Assembly: GCA_048538235.1 (NCBI GenBank) | Contig: JBLYPX010000001.1 | Span: 200,013-264,012 of the forward strand | Origin: Candidatus Komeilibacteria bacterium | GTDB taxonomy: Bacteria; Patescibacteriota; Patescibacteriia; UBA1558 | Direction of reading: 5' to 3' | DNA length: 64,000 nucleotides | Shown: positions 21,955 to 30,948 of the stretch, piece after piece | Numbering within the stretch: the first letter of the stretch is position 1 | Layout of the letters: every line of letters begins with the position of its first letter | Translations under genes and position numbers: made by a program | The notes under the pieces: model-generated | Databases searched by the model: none | Seen by the model: only the letters and a program-made list of their open reading frames with translations | Told to the model about the DNA's origin: nothing

Positions 21955-22455
21955 ATGGCTAAAGAAAAATATATACGCCCTAATTGGGATGAATATTTTA
22001 TGAGAATAAGAGAAGCTGTTTCTTTAAGGGCAACTTGTGGTAGGGGAAGAGCTGGTTGTGTTATTACCAAAGATAATCATATTTTATCTACTGGTTATGT
22101 TGGTGCGCCTTCTGGATTACCAGATTGTGATGAGGTTGGGCATTTAATTACACAATCAACAGTTGAAAATGATGATAGTGGTGAATTGCACGATCATTGT
22201 GTGAGAACACTACACGCTGAACAAAATGCAATAGTTTATGCAGCTCGTAAAGGAGTGTCTTTAGAGGGAGCTTCAATATATATTAGTATGGAGCCTTGTC
22301 CAGTTTGTGCTCGTTTAATTATAGCTTCTGGCATTAAAAGAGTAGTGTGTGAGAAAAGATATCGTACAGCAGATTATACTAGAGATATGTTAAAACAAGC
22401 TGGTGTTCAATTAGATGTTTTAAGTGAAGAGGTACAAAAATATGAAGGCGAATAA
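21955..22455 (+). CDS. dCMP deaminase family protein
   Basis: RPNWDEYFM, RATC, HAEQNA, PCPVC zinc motifs. Confidence 0.93.
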   Translation: MAKEKYIRPNWDEYFMRIREAVSLRATCGRGRAGCVITKDNHILSTGYVGAPSGLPDCDEVGHLITQSTVENDDSGELHDHCVRTLHAEQNAIVYAARKGVSLEGASIYISMEPCPVCARLIIASGIKRVVCEKRYRTADYTRDMLKQAGVQLDVLSEEVQKYEGE

Positions 22456-23032
22456 ATTAGTATGCATTGTTGGCTTAACAGGTTCTGGTAAAACTGAAAT
22501 AGCAGATTATTTTAAGGACCAAGGTTATTCATATGTTAGGTTTGGTCAGATTACCTTGGATGAGGTTGCTAAAAGAGGATTAGAACCTACTGAGGCTAAT
22601 GAAAGACCTATTCGTGAAGCGTTTAGGGCTGAGCATGGGCCAGCAGCTTTTGCTATTTTAAATATGCCTAAATTCAATGAGGGTTTAGAAAAAGGTAATG
22701 TTATTGGAGATGGGCTATATAGTTGGTCAGAGTATAAAGTTTTGAAAGAGAAATATGGTGAGCAGTTTATTGTAATTGCCGTTATTGCTTCACCTAATAT
22801 ACGTTATGCTAGATTAACAAATAGGGCAGATAAGTATGGTGATGATCCTAAGATGATACATCGGTCTGCAACCCTTGAGGCAGCTCAGGCAAGAGATTAT
22901 GCTGAAATTGAAAACATTGAAAAGGCAGGACCTATTGCAATGGCAAATTACACAATATTAAACGAAGGAACCTTGGAAGAGTTTCAAGAAAAGATTAAAG
23001 AAGTTTTTAATAAAATAAACAATGAAGATTAA
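22442..23032 (+). CDS. P-loop nucleoside-monophosphate/dephospho-CoA kinase-like protein
   Basis: GLTGSGKT Walker A, DGLYSWSE, RD..E lid; ATG at 22442 preferred over track start 22424. Confidence 0.75.
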   Translation: MKANKLVCIVGLTGSGKTEIADYFKDQGYSYVRFGQITLDEVAKRGLEPTEANERPIREAFRAEHGPAAFAILNMPKFNEGLEKGNVIGDGLYSWSEYKVLKEKYGEQFIVIAVIASPNIRYARLTNRADKYGDDPKMIHRSATLEAAQARDYAEIENIEKAGPIAMANYTILNEGTLEEFQEKIKEVFNKINNED

Positions 23033-23444
23033 GATAAAAAAATTACATCCCGATACTAAATTACCAAGTTATGCAAATAAGGGTGATGCTGGTATGGATG
23101 TTTTTTCTTTGGAAGACAAAGCAATAAAACCTGGAGAGAGGTATTTATTTAAATTAGGCTTTGCCATGGAAATTCCAGATGGCTATGTGGGTTTGTTTTG
23201 GGATAAATCTGGTATAGCATCTAAACATGGTATTCATACATTAGCAGGCGTTATTGATTCAATTTATAGAGGAGAGTTTGGTGTTGTTATGTTAAATACT
23301 AGTGACGAAAGTTACGAATTTAAAAAGGGAGATAAATTGGCTCAACTTCTTATTCAGCCAATAGTTAGCCCTGAACTTGAAGAAGTTGAAGAGCTTTCAG
23401 ATACAAATAGGGGTGATGGAGGTTTTGGTAGTACAGGCAAATAA
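23022..23444 (+). CDS. dut: dUTP diphosphatase
   Basis: [32 protein letters not shown]. Confidence 0.97.
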   Translation: MKIKIKKLHPDTKLPSYANKGDAGMDVFSLEDKAIKPGERYLFKLGFAMEIPDGYVGLFWDKSGIASKHGIHTLAGVIDSIYRGEFGVVMLNTSDESYEFKKGDKLAQLLIQPIVSPELEEVEELSDTNRGDGGFGSTGK

Positions 23445-23458
23445 TTAATTTATATACT

Positions 23459-24355
23459 ATGAAGCAATATTTAGATTTATTACAGAAGATAATGGACGAG
23501 GGTGTAGATAAGGGCGATCGCACTGGTACGGGCACGAGAAGTGTTTTTGGACAGCAGATGAGATTTGATTTGTCTGAAGGATTTCCATTGTTAACAACAA
23601 AAAAGGTACATCTTAAATCTATCATTCATGAACTCATATGGTTTATCAGCGGTGATACTAGTATTAAATATTTAGTTGAAAATGGTGTTAGGATATGGAA
23701 TGAGTGGCCATTTCAAAAGTATTTAGAAGCAAATAGTTTGGCAGATAAATTTCCAAAATACACACCAGAGTGGGATGAAGAAATGAAAAAGTTTGTAGAA
23801 AGGATTAAAGAAGATGATGAATTTGCAAAAAAGTGGGGCCACATAGGTCCTGGTTACGGTAAACAGTGGAGAGACTTTGGAGGTGTTGATCAATTAGCAG
23901 AGGCAATAGATAAGATAAAGAACAATCCTAATGATAGAAGAATAATTGTTTCAGCATGGAATCCGGCCGAAGTGGATAAAATGGCTCTACCTCCATGTCA
24001 TATGTTCTATCAATTTTATGTAGCAAATGGTAAATTGTCATGTTTAATGTATCAAAGAAGCTGTGATACATTTTTAGGCGTGCCATTCAATATTGCATCA
24101 TATGCCCTACTTACTATGATGGTAGCTCAGGTAACCGGATTAGAACCGGGGGAATTTGTACATGTGTTGGGCGATACTCATATTTATAGTAATCATTTTG
24201 ATCAAGTTAAAGAACAGTTAAGTCGTGAGCCGAGAAAATTACCAACTATGAAAATAAATCCAGATGTTAAAAATATAGAAGATTTTGTATATGAAGATTT
24301 TGAGCTCGTTGGTTATGATCCGCATCCATTAATTAAAGCACCTATTTCTGTGTAA
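23459..24355 (+). CDS. thyA: thymidylate synthase
   Basis: [37 protein letters not shown]. Confidence 0.98.
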   Translation: MKQYLDLLQKIMDEGVDKGDRTGTGTRSVFGQQMRFDLSEGFPLLTTKKVHLKSIIHELIWFISGDTSIKYLVENGVRIWNEWPFQKYLEANSLADKFPKYTPEWDEEMKKFVERIKEDDEFAKKWGHIGPGYGKQWRDFGGVDQLAEAIDKIKNNPNDRRIIVSAWNPAEVDKMALPPCHMFYQFYVANGKLSCLMYQRSCDTFLGVPFNIASYALLTMMVAQVTGLEPGEFVHVLGDTHIYSNHFDQVKEQLSREPRKLPTMKINPDVKNIEDFVYEDFELVGYDPHPLIKAPISV

Positions 24356-24356
24356 T

Positions 24357-24836
24357 ATGCCAAGATTAAGTACAATTGTAGCTATAGATAAAAAAAGAGG
24401 CATTGGTAAAGATAATAAATTGCTTTGCCATATTTCTAATGATTTAAAAAGGTTTAAAAAGATAACTACTGGTCATACAATATTAATGGGCAGTACAACT
24501 TATGAGTCGATTGGAAAACCTTTGCCAAACAGAATCAATGTTGTGGTAGCTTTTGACCCGGACTATAAAGCCGAAGGATGCGTGGTTTTTAACGATTTAG
24601 ATGAGGCTATTACTTGGGCAAAAAATAATGAACCAGAGGAAGTGTTTATTACAGGTGGTGCTTCAATTTACAAACAAACCATAGATAAAGTAGATAGGTT
24701 GTATTTAACAATAATAGATGAGGAGTTTGAAGCAGATACTTTTTTTCCAGAATATGATCAATTCACAAGAGTTATTAAAGAGGAGTCTGGTAAGGACGGA
24801 GAATATAATTATAAATTTATTATTTTAGAGAAATAA
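24357..24836 (+). CDS. folA: dihydrofolate reductase
   Basis: GIGKDNKL, DLKRFK, MG.TTYESIGKPLPNR, TGGASIY, ADTFFP. Confidence 0.96.
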   Translation: MPRLSTIVAIDKKRGIGKDNKLLCHISNDLKRFKKITTGHTILMGSTTYESIGKPLPNRINVVVAFDPDYKAEGCVVFNDLDEAITWAKNNEPEEVFITGGASIYKQTIDKVDRLYLTIIDEEFEADTFFPEYDQFTRVIKEESGKDGEYNYKFIILEK

Positions 24837-24838
24837 AA

Positions 24839-25447
24839 ATGAAAAGTGTGTTTATTAATTTTGAGGGTATTGATGGTTGTGGTAAAGATACGCAAATTGC
24901 ATTGTTAACAAAACGTTTACAGGAAGAAGGTTATCAGTTATTTGTTGGCCTTGAGCCCACCTATACATTTGAACCGGGTAAAAGGATTCGTAAAATTTTA
25001 ACTCATGAATTGCCAGCACCAGAACCTGAAGAGATGCAGTATTTATATTATGAGGATAGAAAAGAGCATGTAGATAAAATGATTAGGCCAGCGCTTAATG
25101 CAGGTGTTGTTGTTGTGGAAAACAGATATATGTTTTCTACTATGGCCTATGGCACGGCTTTTGGAGTGGATTATGATTTAATAAGAAGCTGGCATGATAA
25201 TATGCCCATTCCAAATTTAAATTTTTACTTAGACATTCCTGCGGAGGTTGGGGTAAAAAGGGTGGCTAGTAATGGTAAGCCAGAATATTTTGATAAAGTA
25301 GAGTTTTTGGAAAAAATAGACAGGTCATATAAAGAAATATGGCTGAAAGATGAGTGGAGAGATTCAGTGATCATTATAGACGGTGAAAAGAGTATTGAAG
25401 AGATACATGAAAAAATTTGGGAAATAGTTAAAGAAAAGCTGGTCTAA
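24839..25447 (+). CDS. tmk: thymidylate kinase
   Basis: FEGIDGCGKDTQ, EPT, DRKEH, NRYMFSTMAYG. Confidence 0.93.
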   Translation: MKSVFINFEGIDGCGKDTQIALLTKRLQEEGYQLFVGLEPTYTFEPGKRIRKILTHELPAPEPEEMQYLYYEDRKEHVDKMIRPALNAGVVVVENRYMFSTMAYGTAFGVDYDLIRSWHDNMPIPNLNFYLDIPAEVGVKRVASNGKPEYFDKVEFLEKIDRSYKEIWLKDEWRDSVIIIDGEKSIEEIHEKIWEIVKEKLV

Positions 25448-25489
25448 AGGCCAGTTTTTTTTATCCTCAAAATATGCTAAAATATGCAT

Positions 25490-26053
25490 ATGTTATATGA
25501 AGTAGAGGTTAGTAGCCTCTTAAAACCAGCTGGTTTTAAGAAGGTATATAAATATTTAAAAAGATCTGGAAAACTGTTAAAGGAAGAACAAACTGAGACA
25601 GTTGTTTTTGAAACCTCAAAGGGGGATTTAAGATTGGTTAAGAATGAAGAGCAAGTTAAGCTTATTTGTAAAATCGGAAATGTATTTCATGAGGTTAGGC
25701 CAGAGATGGAAGTGCTAGCGGATATTAAAGATATGGATGAGCTAGAGAAGATATTTATTGCTTTAGGTTTTAAAGTTGCTTGCCGGTATAAAAAGAAAAG
25801 AGTACATTTTAGATGGCAGGGAACAACTATAAGTTTAGATAATGTTAAAGGCTTTGGTTTGATTATGGAGATGGAGAAATTAGTTGATGGTCGTTTGGTT
25901 AAAAAGGCAGAAGAAGATATTCGTGAAAAGCTTACAAAACTTTTAGATAAGTTTAGTATTGCTGTAACACCAGTTAGTGAATTAAATAAAATGTACAAAC
26001 ATTATTTAAATAATTGGAGTAAATTAATTAAGAAGAATTACACGAGAATATAA
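25490..26053 (+). CDS. CYTH (CyaB-like triphosphate tunnel) domain protein
   Basis: YEVEV, LRL, KKRVHF, LDNVKGFG..MEME; start at 25490 inferred from -10 spacing. Confidence 0.8.
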   Translation: MLYEVEVSSLLKPAGFKKVYKYLKRSGKLLKEEQTETVVFETSKGDLRLVKNEEQVKLICKIGNVFHEVRPEMEVLADIKDMDELEKIFIALGFKVACRYKKKRVHFRWQGTTISLDNVKGFGLIMEMEKLVDGRLVKKAEEDIREKLTKLLDKFSIAVTPVSELNKMYKHYLNNWSKLIKKNYTRI

Positions 26054-27546
26054 TGGAATTCGATGTCATCATAGGATTAGAAACACATATACAGCTTAAA
26101 ACAAGGTCTAAGCTTTTTTGTAGTTGTTCAAATAGTAGTGAAGATTTAAATCCAAATACTGCTATTTGCCCTGTTTGTATGGGTCATCCTGGTGTTTTAC
26201 CAGTTTTAAATAAACAAGCTTTAGATTGGGCAATATTAATGTCGCTTGGTTTAAATATGGAAATTGCTAAAGAAACAAAGTTTGATCGTAAAAACTATTT
26301 TTATCCAGACTTGCCAAAGGGTTACCAGATTTCTCAGTTCGATAAACCAGTTGGTGAGCATGGTTCTATTATTATTAATACAGACAAAGGTGAGAAAAAG
26401 ATTGGTATTACCAGGCTTCATTTAGAAGAAGACGCTGCTAAGAACTTACATTTTGAAGATAAAACATTAGTAGACTATAACCGTTCTAGTACGCCACTGG
26501 TTGAAATAGTTTCAGAACCAGAGATGAGAACCCCAGCCGAGGCTAAGGCATATATGCAAGAGATAAGATTGATTGCTCGTTATTTGGGTATATCTGATGC
26601 AGATATGGAAAAAGGTAATTTAAGGTGTGATGCTAATATTTCTTTAAGGCCAGTTAATGAAAAGAAATTAAGCCCAAAAACTGAGATTAAGAATATTAAT
26701 TCTTTTAAGAATGTAGAAAAAGCTTTAACCTATGAAGTGGAAAGACAGAAGCAATTATGGCTATCTGGTGAGCCACCAGCTAGTGAAGAAACTAGAGGTT
26801 GGGATGCAGATAAAGGTATAACTTATTCACAAAGATCTAAAGAAGGATCAGATGATTACAGGTATTTCCCTGAACCAGATTTACCATTGTTTAAAATTAG
26901 TTCTGGCATGATAAAACAAATTGAAGAAGATATGGTTGAATTGCCAATTCAAAAAAGACAACGTTTTGCTCAAGAATATGGATTAGCTATGAAAGATATT
27001 GAAGTTTTAATTGAATCAAAGGCTCTTGCTAATTATTTTGAAAAAGTGGTAACAGAATTAAGAAGTTGGTTAGAGACAGAGGTTGAAGGTGATCATGATG
27101 AAGTTTGGGAGAAGAATAGAAAGAAAGTGGTAAAGCTTGCTAATGGTTGGATTACTACTGAATTGTTTAAATTGATGAAGGAAAATAAACTTAAGATTAA
27201 TGATGTTAAAATAACACCTGAGAATATGGCAGAGTTTATAACCCTTATATATTTAAGTAAGGTTAATAGTTCAGCTGCTCAAATAATTTTAAAAGAGATG
27301 TTTGATACTGGTGCTGACCCAACTCATGTTATGGATGACAAAGACCTTGGTCAAATGGAAGCAGGGGAGGAGCTAGATAAGATAATAGATTTAATAATTG
27401 AAAGTAATCCTGATCAGGTTGCTGAGTTTAAAGCAGGTAAGGATCCTATTATTAAATATTTAATAGGACTAGGCATGAAGGCTACTAAAGGTAAAGGTAA
27501 TCCTGCAGATTTAGAAAATATATTTAGAGAAAAATTAAAAGATTAG
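26053..27546 (+). CDS. gatB: Asp/Glu-tRNA amidotransferase subunit B
   Basis: IGLETHIQL, FDRKNYFYPDLPKGYQISQ, HLEEDAAK, LRCDANIS, YRYFPEPDLP. Confidence 0.98.
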   Translation: MEFDVIIGLETHIQLKTRSKLFCSCSNSSEDLNPNTAICPVCMGHPGVLPVLNKQALDWAILMSLGLNMEIAKETKFDRKNYFYPDLPKGYQISQFDKPVGEHGSIIINTDKGEKKIGITRLHLEEDAAKNLHFEDKTLVDYNRSSTPLVEIVSEPEMRTPAEAKAYMQEIRLIARYLGISDADMEKGNLRCDANISLRPVNEKKLSPKTEIKNINSFKNVEKALTYEVERQKQLWLSGEPPASEETRGWDADKGITYSQRSKEGSDDYRYFPEPDLPLFKISSGMIKQIEEDMVELPIQKRQRFAQEYGLAMKDIEVLIESKALANYFEKVVTELRSWLETEVEGDHDEVWEKNRKKVVKLANGWITTELFKLMKENKLKINDVKITPENMAEFITLIYLSKVNSSAAQIILKEMFDTGADPTHVMDDKDLGQMEAGEELDKIIDLIIESNPDQVAEFKAGKDPIIKYLIGLGMKATKGKGNPADLENIFREKLKD

Positions 27547-27547
27547 A

Positions 27548-27946
27548 ATGAAGTATTTAAAAACAAAGTATAAAAATATTAGGCATTTGCCTGTTTTTAT
27601 TTTCATCTGGTTGCCTTTTGCTTTTATTATAGTGCTAGATATTATTATTGAAATTTATCATCGTATATCTTTCCCTATATACAAAGTTCCCTGTATTGTT
27701 AGAAGTGAATATATCAAAATAGATAGACACAAATTAAGTTATTTAAGTTTTAGACAAAAAATATATTGTGTTTATTGTGGTTATGTAAATGGTGTATTTG
27801 CATATTGGGTAAAGATTGCTGGTGAAACAGAAAAATATTGGTGTGGAATAAAACACAAACCATCAGCAAATTTTCATGAACCAGCTCATCATAGCGAATT
27901 AGTAGATTATGGTGATGAACAGCAGTTTATTGAGCAATATAAGTAG
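27548..27946 (+). CDS. hypothetical membrane protein with conserved-looking Cys/His motifs
   Basis: One TM then DRHKL, CVYCGYVNG, YWCGIKH. Confidence 0.75.
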   Translation: MKYLKTKYKNIRHLPVFIFIWLPFAFIIVLDIIIEIYHRISFPIYKVPCIVRSEYIKIDRHKLSYLSFRQKIYCVYCGYVNGVFAYWVKIAGETEKYWCGIKHKPSANFHEPAHHSELVDYGDEQQFIEQYK

Positions 27947-27965
27947 TAAAAGCTATTCCTGGCTA

Positions 27966-27993
27966 TTGACAATACTCGCAAAACGTGTATAAT
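27966..27993 (+). promoter_or_regulatory. consensus sigma70 promoter of RRM gene
   Basis: TTGACA-16nt-TATAAT, giving a 5' UTR of about 127 nt. Confidence 0.75.
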
Positions 27994-28126
27994 GCACGGG
28001 TAAGTATACTCAATATTATTCGTGTTATATATAACCTGGGCAGTGCGGGGTAATAGATAATGCATTTAAGGTAGTATTTAGAGAAGGTCGTCTTGCATAC
28101 TTAATTAAGATCAATTATTTTTACAA

Positions 28127-28387
28127 ATGGAAAAAAAATTATACGTTGGTAACCTTTCATATAGTACTACTGAAGAAAGTCTTTCTGAAGCATTTGCTCA
28201 GTCTGGTACTGTAGAATCTGCAGTTGTTATTAAAGACAAAATGTCAGGTCGTTCAAAAGGATTTGGTTTCGTTGAGATGTCTTCACCAGAAGAAGCTCAA
28301 GCTGCTATTGAACTTTGGAATGACAAAGAACTTGACGGTCGTGCAATTAAAGTGAACGAAGCAAGACCAATGGAAGATCGTCGTTAA
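28127..28387 (+). CDS. RRM (RNP-1) RNA-binding protein
   Basis: RNP2 LYVGNL, RNP1 KGFGFVEM, VNEARP. Confidence 0.96.
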   Translation: MEKKLYVGNLSYSTTEESLSEAFAQSGTVESAVVIKDKMSGRSKGFGFVEMSSPEEAQAAIELWNDKELDGRAIKVNEARPMEDRR

Positions 28388-28405
28388 AATACAATTTACG
28401 ATATA

Positions 28406-28437
28406 TAAAAACAGAGTGCGCACGACTCTGTTTTTTT
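28406..28437 (+). terminator. intrinsic terminator after RRM gene
   Basis: aaaacagagt..actctgttttttt. Confidence 0.75.
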
Positions 28438-28500
28438 GTTTGACTATAATTATTATGGATGTTAATTTATACTTAGAACATTCAATAAAAGGAGGAAAGG

Positions 28501-28671
28501 ATGAGAAAGCTGATCTTTAATTCAGTGTTTATAGTAGTAGTATTTGTCTGTATTTTGCTAGGTTTTATGGAGAATTGGTTTCATGCTATAACTGGGCTAG
28601 CTCTTGGATCTTGGTTGGGGTTTAGCCTGGCCATTGCAATTGATTGTCTATTACCAAGCAAAAAGAAATAA
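28501..28671 (+). CDS. small 2-TM membrane protein (56 aa, missing from ORF track)
   Basis: MRKLIFNSVFIVVVFVCILLGFMENWFHAITGLALGSWLGFSLAIAIDCLLPSKKK; TTGACT-17-TAATTT promoter, AAGGAGG SD, downstream hairpin. Confidence 0.7.
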   Translation: MRKLIFNSVFIVVVFVCILLGFMENWFHAITGLALGSWLGFSLAIAIDCLLPSKKK

Positions 28672-28707
28672 AAGCTATGTATTTATATAATATATAGCTT
28701 TTTTAGT

Positions 28708-28817
28708 AAAAAAATGCCCTTAGCGGATGCTAAGGGCGGTGCAGGACAGAAGGAGTAATTAGTTTTACTCCCGGTGCAGGGGTTGTTTGCTTTTAAAGCA
28801 ATAAATGTACGATATTG
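28708..28817 (-). ncRNA. candidate small non-coding RNA (about 110 nt)
   Basis: Minus-strand TTGACA(28852-28847)-17nt-TAGAAT(28829-28824); no AUG in transcript; internal hairpins; ends in a 9-bp GC-rich hairpin (28716-28737) plus U7. Confidence 0.6.
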
Positions 28818-28880
28818 GCTTTTATTCTATAATTTATTTAAATTAATGTCAAGAGCGCTTCTTTATGTTAAAATATTGGT

Positions 28881-29561
28881 ATGAATTGGAGTAAAAAAAT
28901 ATATCCTTGTATTACAACAGGACCCAAACAATCATGGCAGTCTAAAATCTGGGAGTGCGATAGACTTAATATTCAAGAGGTGTCTGTTTTTCCAACCTTT
29001 CTTAAATTAAATGAAAGAAAGAAGCTTTATGCTGCTTTGGAAAAAAGTAATATTAAGCACATTCCCCATGTACACATTAGAGATGACTTTAAGAAATGGG
29101 AGATGGATTTCTTTTTTAAGAAATATGGTACTAGATATTTTAATATTCATGAACATTCTTTTGATGATTTACATAATTATCCAGAGTATAAGAAATATAT
29201 ATATTTAGAGTATAACTATAATAATCGTATACCAAAGATGGTAAAGGTTAATAAGATTGCTGGCTTGTGTATAGATTTTTCACACATGTGGGCTGCTAAA
29301 AATAGAAGTGCTAAAGAATTTGATGAGATAAATAAAAATATAAAAAGTTTTAAGGTTGGCTGTAATCATTTAAATGGTTATTCGTATAGGTATAGAAGAG
29401 ATGTTCATTTTATTACAGATAAAAAGCAATTAGATTATTTAAAAGATATCCCAAATAAATATTTTGGCAATGTAATATCATTGGAGATGCAGAATAGTAT
29501 AGTTGAGCAGCTTAAATATAAAAAATATATTGTAAGTATTTTGAGTAAAAAAAGTAATTAA
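28881..29561 (+). CDS. hypothetical protein, possibly metal-binding TIM-barrel (AP endonuclease 2/xylose isomerase-like)
   Basis: PHVH, CIDFSH, NHLNG, LE spacing; fold assignment tentative. Confidence 0.55.
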   Translation: MNWSKKIYPCITTGPKQSWQSKIWECDRLNIQEVSVFPTFLKLNERKKLYAALEKSNIKHIPHVHIRDDFKKWEMDFFFKKYGTRYFNIHEHSFDDLHNYPEYKKYIYLEYNYNNRIPKMVKVNKIAGLCIDFSHMWAAKNRSAKEFDEINKNIKSFKVGCNHLNGYSYRYRRDVHFITDKKQLDYLKDIPNKYFGNVISLEMQNSIVEQLKYKKYIVSILSKKSN

Positions 29562-29653
29562 ATTAGGTAAAATTGTATATAAATAGCGGTGTTTTTAAAT
29601 ACCGCTATTTTACTTGTTAAATTACCTAAAAAATATTATAATATCTACATATT

Positions 29654-30943
29654 ATGGAAGAATTTAGAACAAATATTGCTAAGGACTTTGTAGGTCAAAA
29701 AGTCACCCTAAAAGCTTGGGTGGCTAATTTTCGCAGTAGTGGAAAAATATCCTTTTTACAACTAAGAGATGGTTATGGAATTATGCAGGCTATTGTAGCT
29801 GAATCTGAGGTTGATAAAAAAGTTTGGGAAGAAGTTTCTAAATTAACCCAAGAGAGTTCTGTAATAGTTAAAGGTACTATTAGTAAGCATCCTAAAAAAG
29901 AAGAGTATGAACTACAAGTTTCAGATTTAGAAATAGTTCAACTTGCAGATGAGTATCCAATTAGTAATAAGGAGCACGGCCCAGAGTTTTTATTAGATAA
30001 CCGTCATCTATGGTTAAGATCTTCAAGGCAGGTTGCTATACAAAAAGTTCGTAATACTATTATCAATGCCATTTACGAGTATTTAAACTTAAATGGTTTT
30101 ACTAAAATAGATTCACCAATTCTTACACCTAATGCTTGTGAAGGAACAACAGAGCTATTTGAGATGGATTATTTTGGTGAAAGAAAAGCTTATCTTTCTC
30201 AATCTGGTCAATTGTATTTAGAAGCAGCTATATCTGCTCATTCTAAGGTTTTTGACTTTGGTCCTGTATTTAGAGCAGAGAAATCTAAAACTAGAAGACA
30301 CCTGACAGAATTTTGGATGATGGATGCAGAAATGGCTTGGTATGAACATGAAGATAATTTAAGAGTTCAGGAAGAATTAATTTCTCATGTAGTTAAAAAG
30401 GTTCTGGAAATTAATATGACAGAACTTGAAATACTAGAAAGAGATATTGGAGCTTTGCAAAAGATAAAAGCGCCTTTTGTACGCATGACTCATGCTGAAG
30501 CTGTTAAGAAATTAAATAAATTAGGATCAGATATTAAATCTAATGAAGATTTGGGTGGTGACGATGAAACATTATTGACATCAGATTTAGATGTACCTGT
30601 ATTTGTTACTCATTGGCCAGCTGAAATTAAAGCTTTTTATATGAAAAGAGATGATAAAGGAAAGCTTGCTCTTTGTGATGATATGATAGCACCTGAAGGT
30701 TTTGGTGAGATTATTGGTGGTTCACAAAGAGAAGATAATTATGATGAATTATTAAAGAGAATTAAGGAACATAAATTACCAGAGAAGGAATTTCAATGGT
30801 ATTTAGATATACGTAAATATGGTAGTGTGCCACATTCAGGTTTTGGTATTGGTCTGGAAAGACTTGTTGGATGGATGTGTGGCACAAAACATGTTAGGGA
30901 AACAATTCCTTTCCCAAGAATGATTAATAGATTAGAACCATAA
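29654..30943 (+). CDS. asnS: asparagine--tRNA ligase
   Basis: OB fold FLQLRDG, YLSQSGQLYLE, FRAEKSKTRRHLTEFWM, GEIIGGSQRE, PHSGFGIGLER. Confidence 0.9.
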   Translation: MEEFRTNIAKDFVGQKVTLKAWVANFRSSGKISFLQLRDGYGIMQAIVAESEVDKKVWEEVSKLTQESSVIVKGTISKHPKKEEYELQVSDLEIVQLADEYPISNKEHGPEFLLDNRHLWLRSSRQVAIQKVRNTIINAIYEYLNLNGFTKIDSPILTPNACEGTTELFEMDYFGERKAYLSQSGQLYLEAAISAHSKVFDFGPVFRAEKSKTRRHLTEFWMMDAEMAWYEHEDNLRVQEELISHVVKKVLEINMTELEILERDIGALQKIKAPFVRMTHAEAVKKLNKLGSDIKSNEDLGGDDETLLTSDLDVPVFVTHWPAEIKAFYMKRDDKGKLALCDDMIAPEGFGEIIGGSQREDNYDELLKRIKEHKLPEKEFQWYLDIRKYGSVPHSGFGIGLERLVGWMCGTKHVRETIPFPRMINRLEP

Positions 30944-30948
30944 ATAAT

